This document shows, piece after piece, positions 59,301 to 64,000 of a stretch of DNA of 64,000 bases. This stretch comes from Vicugna vicugna (lineage: Eukaryota). The notes under the pieces are model-generated. The model saw only the letters and a list, made by a program, of their open reading frames with translations, was not told the DNA's origin and did not search any database. Location of the stretch: contig MU059756.1 in the NCBI GenBank assembly GCA_013265495.1, forward strand, positions 310,001 to 374,000. The letters run 5' to 3'. The position numbers and the translations under genes were made by a program. The first letter of the stretch is position 1; every line of letters begins with the position of its first letter.

Positions 59301-61499
59301 ATTACTTGAGGCCTAGCAATGCTAGATGCAATTTGTTTGGACTTACTTCTTTGATGGCTTAAAATGACCAAAGAGACTTCACCTCATTTGATGTATATTT
59401 CTGTTGAGTTGCACAATTTTTACTGTCCTTTGCTTTAAAAAAAATAGGAAAAAGATGACAAGCATAAAAGAAAATGACAGATGGTTTCTGAGAATCTGAG
59501 GGTCAGTGGTCCCATTTCATTATATTGGTACCTAATCACATGAGCGAGAGTACAGTCTTCGCTTAGTGATTCATTCCTTTGGGATGTATATGACAGACTT
59601 AGCACAAAAGCAGAAAGGGGGGCCTTACTGGGGTTGCTCTTAGAGCTGGTGCCTGATTTCTGTTAGGTTCTGCAAAGCTTGGCCATTTCTTGAGGGGTGG
59701 GAGGCCCCCAACATAATCTGGAACTTTTTTTTGAGGACTTAGATTGTGAAAGCCATCAGCAAAACATCAGCCCAAGTGGCATTTCCCCCTCACATGCTGT
59801 CCCTTTGCTTTGCATGGAAATGATTACCTTAGTTTAAAAACATAGAGGAGAAAAGTCCTCTGACCCAACTAAGATCCTAATGAACGTGTGCAGTCCAAGG
59901 CCCTTCGTCAGGGCTGAGGCCATGATTGATTGTTCTATAGGACTGTCTAAATCAGTAGCATGTTTCTGGACTGCATGCAGAAGACCAACCTATTTAGCAT
60001 TTTGGCCAGCATTGTCAAGGGGGCTGCTGCTTCAGGTCTGCACAATTCTCTTCATATGATAAATAATTGTAAAGGAAACTGTCAACTTGAGCATCTGGCT
60101 GATGGAAAGACTGACTTGAAAGCATGCTGAACTTGGGTGGACGCAGCCCCAACATCTGGACTTGATGGATTTGGGAGTGGGGCAGTACGTCTGGCATCTG
60201 TGTATCAGGTCCTAGAGCGTTCTTTTTAAGTTGTTTGTACTGGCCCAGGTTGAATTGTATCCTTTAGGAAATGAAAAGGCAACTGCAAAAAGGATTAATT
60301 AGATTCCATTTCTCTGGAAAAAAGTCTTTATTGGTAACGTACGGTTTGAGATGAGAGTTTTCACTGGTAATGTAAGTGCTCGTAGGTTAGTCTTCCTCCT
60401 TGAGTAGATTATAGTTGAGGAGATGGCTCATATAGAGAAAAGAGTTCTAACATCATAAAGGTAAAAAGATAGAAAAAGACAGAAAAAATCCCACAGGAAT
60501 CTTCAGAGCATTTGGCATAGAAAAGCAGAGGTAATTCAAACATAAACTGAAAAATGCTTTGAATCACATAGAAAAGCATAAGTAAGTCATCAGTTTGTGC
60601 TGGATGAATCTTGAAATTTTGAACTTTCGTACATAAACTAAAAAGAGCACAAGTCTTCTACCAGTGACCCCAAACCACAAAGTCATTTTCTTTTATTAAC
60701 ATTGGAGTAAATACCAGTGTTTGCTGGCTTGTGGCTTGGATATGAAACATGAAAGAGGAAAAGTCTGTTTGGTTTTCTTTTCCCCCAAAAAACTAATACA
60801 GCTGGCAAAAGGCAACATTTTGCCTCACTTGTAATTGCCTGGAAATTTAAAATAGACCTTTTACTTTTTCAGAGTTTATATTGGAATTCCATCTTTATAG
60901 GAAGTCAGTCAGCCCAGATTTTAATGGCACACACCGATCTTTCGTGTGTAGTTTGTATTATGCGCAAGACCAACATGGTGGAACGCTCAGTTCTCTTGGG
61001 ATGGGGCTGCTTGGAGAGGATCCAGGGTCTTGGACCACCTGAGTATTGAACAAAATATTGAACCACCGCAATATTGTCTTCTGTGCTGCTATAATCATTT
61101 ACTCCCTAGAGGATCTCAAAGGGACTTATATACACAGAGAACCAGTTGAGTAAAATTCATGTTTTTTTTTTTAACTATGAATTTTTTTTTCTGAATGCCA
61201 AAGGCCCGCTGAAGAGCTTGGGTAGGGTGACCCAAATGTCAGCTGTCTAAGATCTGGACACAGTTGACTTCCTAGAGGTCACTTTTTCTGTTTATGATCA
61301 ACTCCCATTTGTGTTATCAGCCATATCTTAAAACAGGGACTCTATTAAATCTGTTTTTAGGGCTCAGACAGAACAGGAGAGAATGAAGGAGGCTCCATGG
61401 TTTTACCTTTGCCAGTAAATCTCTAACAAATATCTAGAATCCAGGACCTGGGCATTTCCAATTGGTAGAACTCTACCATTATTGGTTGATGGTGGCATG

Positions 61500-62120
61500 G
61501 TTTCCAGTTTGGGTTCTATAACAAAAGCACCCCAGTGTTGTTCTGCATCCACTCCCCCTTGCCCTTCTCCCGAGCCTTTCTCTTACAGTGGGATCTTCCT
61601 CAAACACTAATCTGACCTGTTACCCTTTTCCCAACTCTACTTGAAGCCTTTTCATGGCTTCCCACTGTTCCTGGGCTCAGTTGACATTTCTTCAAGTGTG
61701 CTGCAAGACTGCACTGGTCCTTGTTCCACCCACATCTCTAGCCAGGTGTCGGGCTCTGCTCACCTTGCTTTCTGAGCTCCTGCCAGTGCATCCTGTCCCT
61801 CACACGTGCCATGTTCCCTCCCTCCTCTGGGCTGCACACATGCCGTTCCCTCTTCCTGAAAGGCTTTTCCCTCTCCTTCCTTATCTCCTGCTCATTCTCA
61901 GCTCAGAAGCCATTTTCTTGAGCAGATCAAGTGTTCCCATTCTAAGCAATCCTGGCACCGTGTGTTTTTCCTTTCTGGAACTTACAGCAGTTGTAATTTT
62001 GCATGTGTGTAATTTAATGAGTCTCTTCTCCCCTCTACGTACCTCATCATTCTGTTTCTTATATCTAGCACAGTGTCTTTCTCACAGTCAGCACACACAA
62101 CTATTTGTTGAATCAGTCAA
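61500..62120 (+). mobile_element. L2 3' region (about 600 bp)
   Basis: GATCTTCCTCAAACACTAATCTGACC...ATGGCTTCCCACTG...GCCGTTCCCTCTTCCTGAAAGGC...TATCTAGCACAGTG...TATTTGTTGAAT. Confidence 0.8.
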
Positions 62121-63055
62121 TAGTCTGCAGGGAAAATCTGGTACTGGATCATAGTGACCAGAAGCATACCCATTGACTTGCAGAAGTTAGGCATTTGCAG
62201 TGGCGGTGCCTCTCATCTCTGTGTGTTTCCTGGGATCTCTGTCTCCTGTTTGGTGCACATTCCATATAGGTAAAACCTCAAACTTTCAGACTTTTCTTTT
62301 GGACTAATACAACAATTCCTGGCAGTCCAGATCTAAACTGAGAAGACTACTTTAAATTTAGTTAAGGGAATTCTCCAAATTGCATTTCCCACAGTCTTCT
62401 GCTCATGTCTTTGTTTTCATTCCCAGCAGAGCCCCCAGGCTTTCTTACCTCTGTGCTACCACTTGTTGCTTCCTCTTTGGAACTCTACCATCCATGAACC
62501 AGCCTCCTGGGGATGGTCCTCACCTGCCTTCACACTGGTTCCCATCTGAGAAATTAGCTCGATGGGTTTCTGGACCAGTGGTACCCTTGGTAGTGATTCC
62601 CAAGTTCCGGCTGCCAGCATGCCAGTGAGGTCCAGAAGGCCCTTGGCTGAACGATCCTTCTCAAAGTCTTGCCTTTTCTCATCCTTTGGACTCCTAGCCT
62701 TAAGTTAGGATGATCACCCTACTGACATGCCTTTTGACTACCTCTTCCGCATCCTGGGCCATAATTCCTGTTCTCCCGGTGTTCCGTGTCCATTTTTCTC
62801 AATAGTTCTCTCTTTCAAAGAAGGACACAAAATTACAGCCTGCTTCTTTGGTTGCTTTGTTCCCATCTTCATGTTCCCACCTGGATCAGCGTGCTTTCCC
62901 TCTGTTTATTTTCTTCCCCACAGTTTTTGTTTTTAAGTTCAAAACTAGTGTTTTATATTGACCCTACTCCTCTCTGCATTTGAGATTCTCTTTCCAAAGC
63001 CCAAGTAATAATTTTTATCCACTTAGAAAATCTGAAGCCTTCTTTCTCAGCAGAG

Positions 63056-63258
63056 CAGAGACCAGCAAAATTATGGTCCACCACATGGTTTTATAAATAA
63101 AGTTTTATTGGAATACAACCACACCTAATCGTTTATGTTTGTCTACAGCTGTTTTTATACTATAAAGGCAGAGCTGAGTAGCTGTGACAGAGACAGGATG
63201 GTGCACAGAGCCTAAAACACTTACTGCCCTGCCCCTTTCAGAAAATCTTTGCTTCAGG
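63056..63258 (+). mobile_element. MER58A-like hAT-Charlie MITE
   Basis: TTTTATAAATAAAGTTTTATTGGAATACAACCACACC...GCAGAGCTGAGTAGCTGTGACAGAGAC...GCCTAAAACACTTACT. Confidence 0.85.
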
Positions 63259-63259
63259 T

Positions 63260-63414
63260 CAGTGGTTCTCCATCCTGTCCGCACATTAGAATTACCTGGG
63301 AAGCTTTTTAAAAAGATATCAATGACCAGACCCTGCCCCAGAACGACTGAAGAGGCTCTGGCAGGAGTCGTATTTCTAGATGATTGTTACGTGCAGTCAG
63401 AATGAGAAGCAGTG
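63260..63414 (+). mobile_element. MER5A-like hAT-Charlie MITE
   Basis: TIR-like ends CAGTGGTTCTC and GAGAAGCAGTG; internal CACATTAGAATTACCTGGGAAGCTTTTTAAAAA. Confidence 0.85.
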
Positions 63415-63789
63415 TTGCTAAGTTCCCCTTCCTTCTTTCTTGGCTGCTTGATGAACTCTGCTTCCTGGGACCCTCAATTTATGATCATTATTGAAGCTTA
63501 GAAATAGGTCAGTTGCTTAGCCTCGGCTGAGAGATGGAATGAGCAGGGTGAACCCCAAACTGCACATCATCTCGAGAGCCGCCAACCTGCACACCAAAGG
63601 TCACGGCAAATTCCCAAGGAGGCGGTTTATTCAGGGGCCAGCCGATGAGTCTTCTTTTCCTTTCGTCTTCTGCCTGGCTTTCTGGTTCATCACTGTGCTC
63701 CTCTCGTCGTAATGTGAGACTCTTGCCTGCTCCTTGTAGAGTTCTCCTGTGTCCTCTCAGGTTGTTTTCAGAATATTCCATTTTTTACT

Positions 63790-64000
63790 GTTAATTTTGT
63801 TATTATTATTATTAAATTGTGGCAAAATACACAAAATTTACCGTTTTAAGTGTACAGTTCAGTGGCATAAAGTACATTCACGGTGTTGTGCAACCATCCC
63901 AGCCATCCGTCTCCAGAACTCTTTCCGTCTTGCGAGACAGAAACTTCGCTTTGTACTCATTAAACAATAGCTCCCTATTACCCTTTGCCCCAGCCCCTGG
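63790..64000 (-). mobile_element. Old L1 3' end (L1MB-like), runs off the window
   Basis: TTTTAAGTGTACAGTTCAGTGGCATAAAGTACATTCACGGTGTTGTGCAACCATC...CCAGAACTCTTTC...CCCCAGCCCCTGG. Confidence 0.85.

Noticed and set aside
61654-62154. 166-aa ORF
   Set aside because: Lies wholly within a decayed L2 3' region; the Leu/Ser/Pro-rich translation reflects pyrimidine-rich repeat DNA.
1-64000. CRISPR array, operon or other prokaryote-type novel system
   Set aside because: The DNA is mammalian and repeat-rich; I saw no regularly spaced repeat-spacer array or gene cluster.

Overview
This is 64 kb of AT-rich, CpG-poor mammalian genomic DNA, very likely from a camelid (camel, alpaca or llama). That inference rests on two tRNA-derived SINEs matching my recollection of the camelid Vic-1 family, plus cetartiodactyl-type L1 3' ends. 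I cannot recognise any protein-coding gene, RNA gene or processed pseudogene. The supplied ORFs are short, lack recognisable domains and often overlap repeats, so I treat them as spurious. The window is dominated by transposon fossils: MIR, L2, truncated L1s of several ages, MaLR/ERVL LTRs, an ERV1-type solo LTR and hAT/Tigger MITEs. It also contains microsatellites and one 146-N assembly gap. L1s and LTRs lie almost all on the minus strand, which suggests a large intron of an unidentified plus-strand gene. A few low-confidence alternative first or cassette exons and several enhancer-like motif clusters fit that reading. I find no defensible evidence for a new biological system; the findings are small structural and regulatory oddities. 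Repeat family names come from memory of consensus sequences, not a search, and the boundaries of old repeats are approximate.
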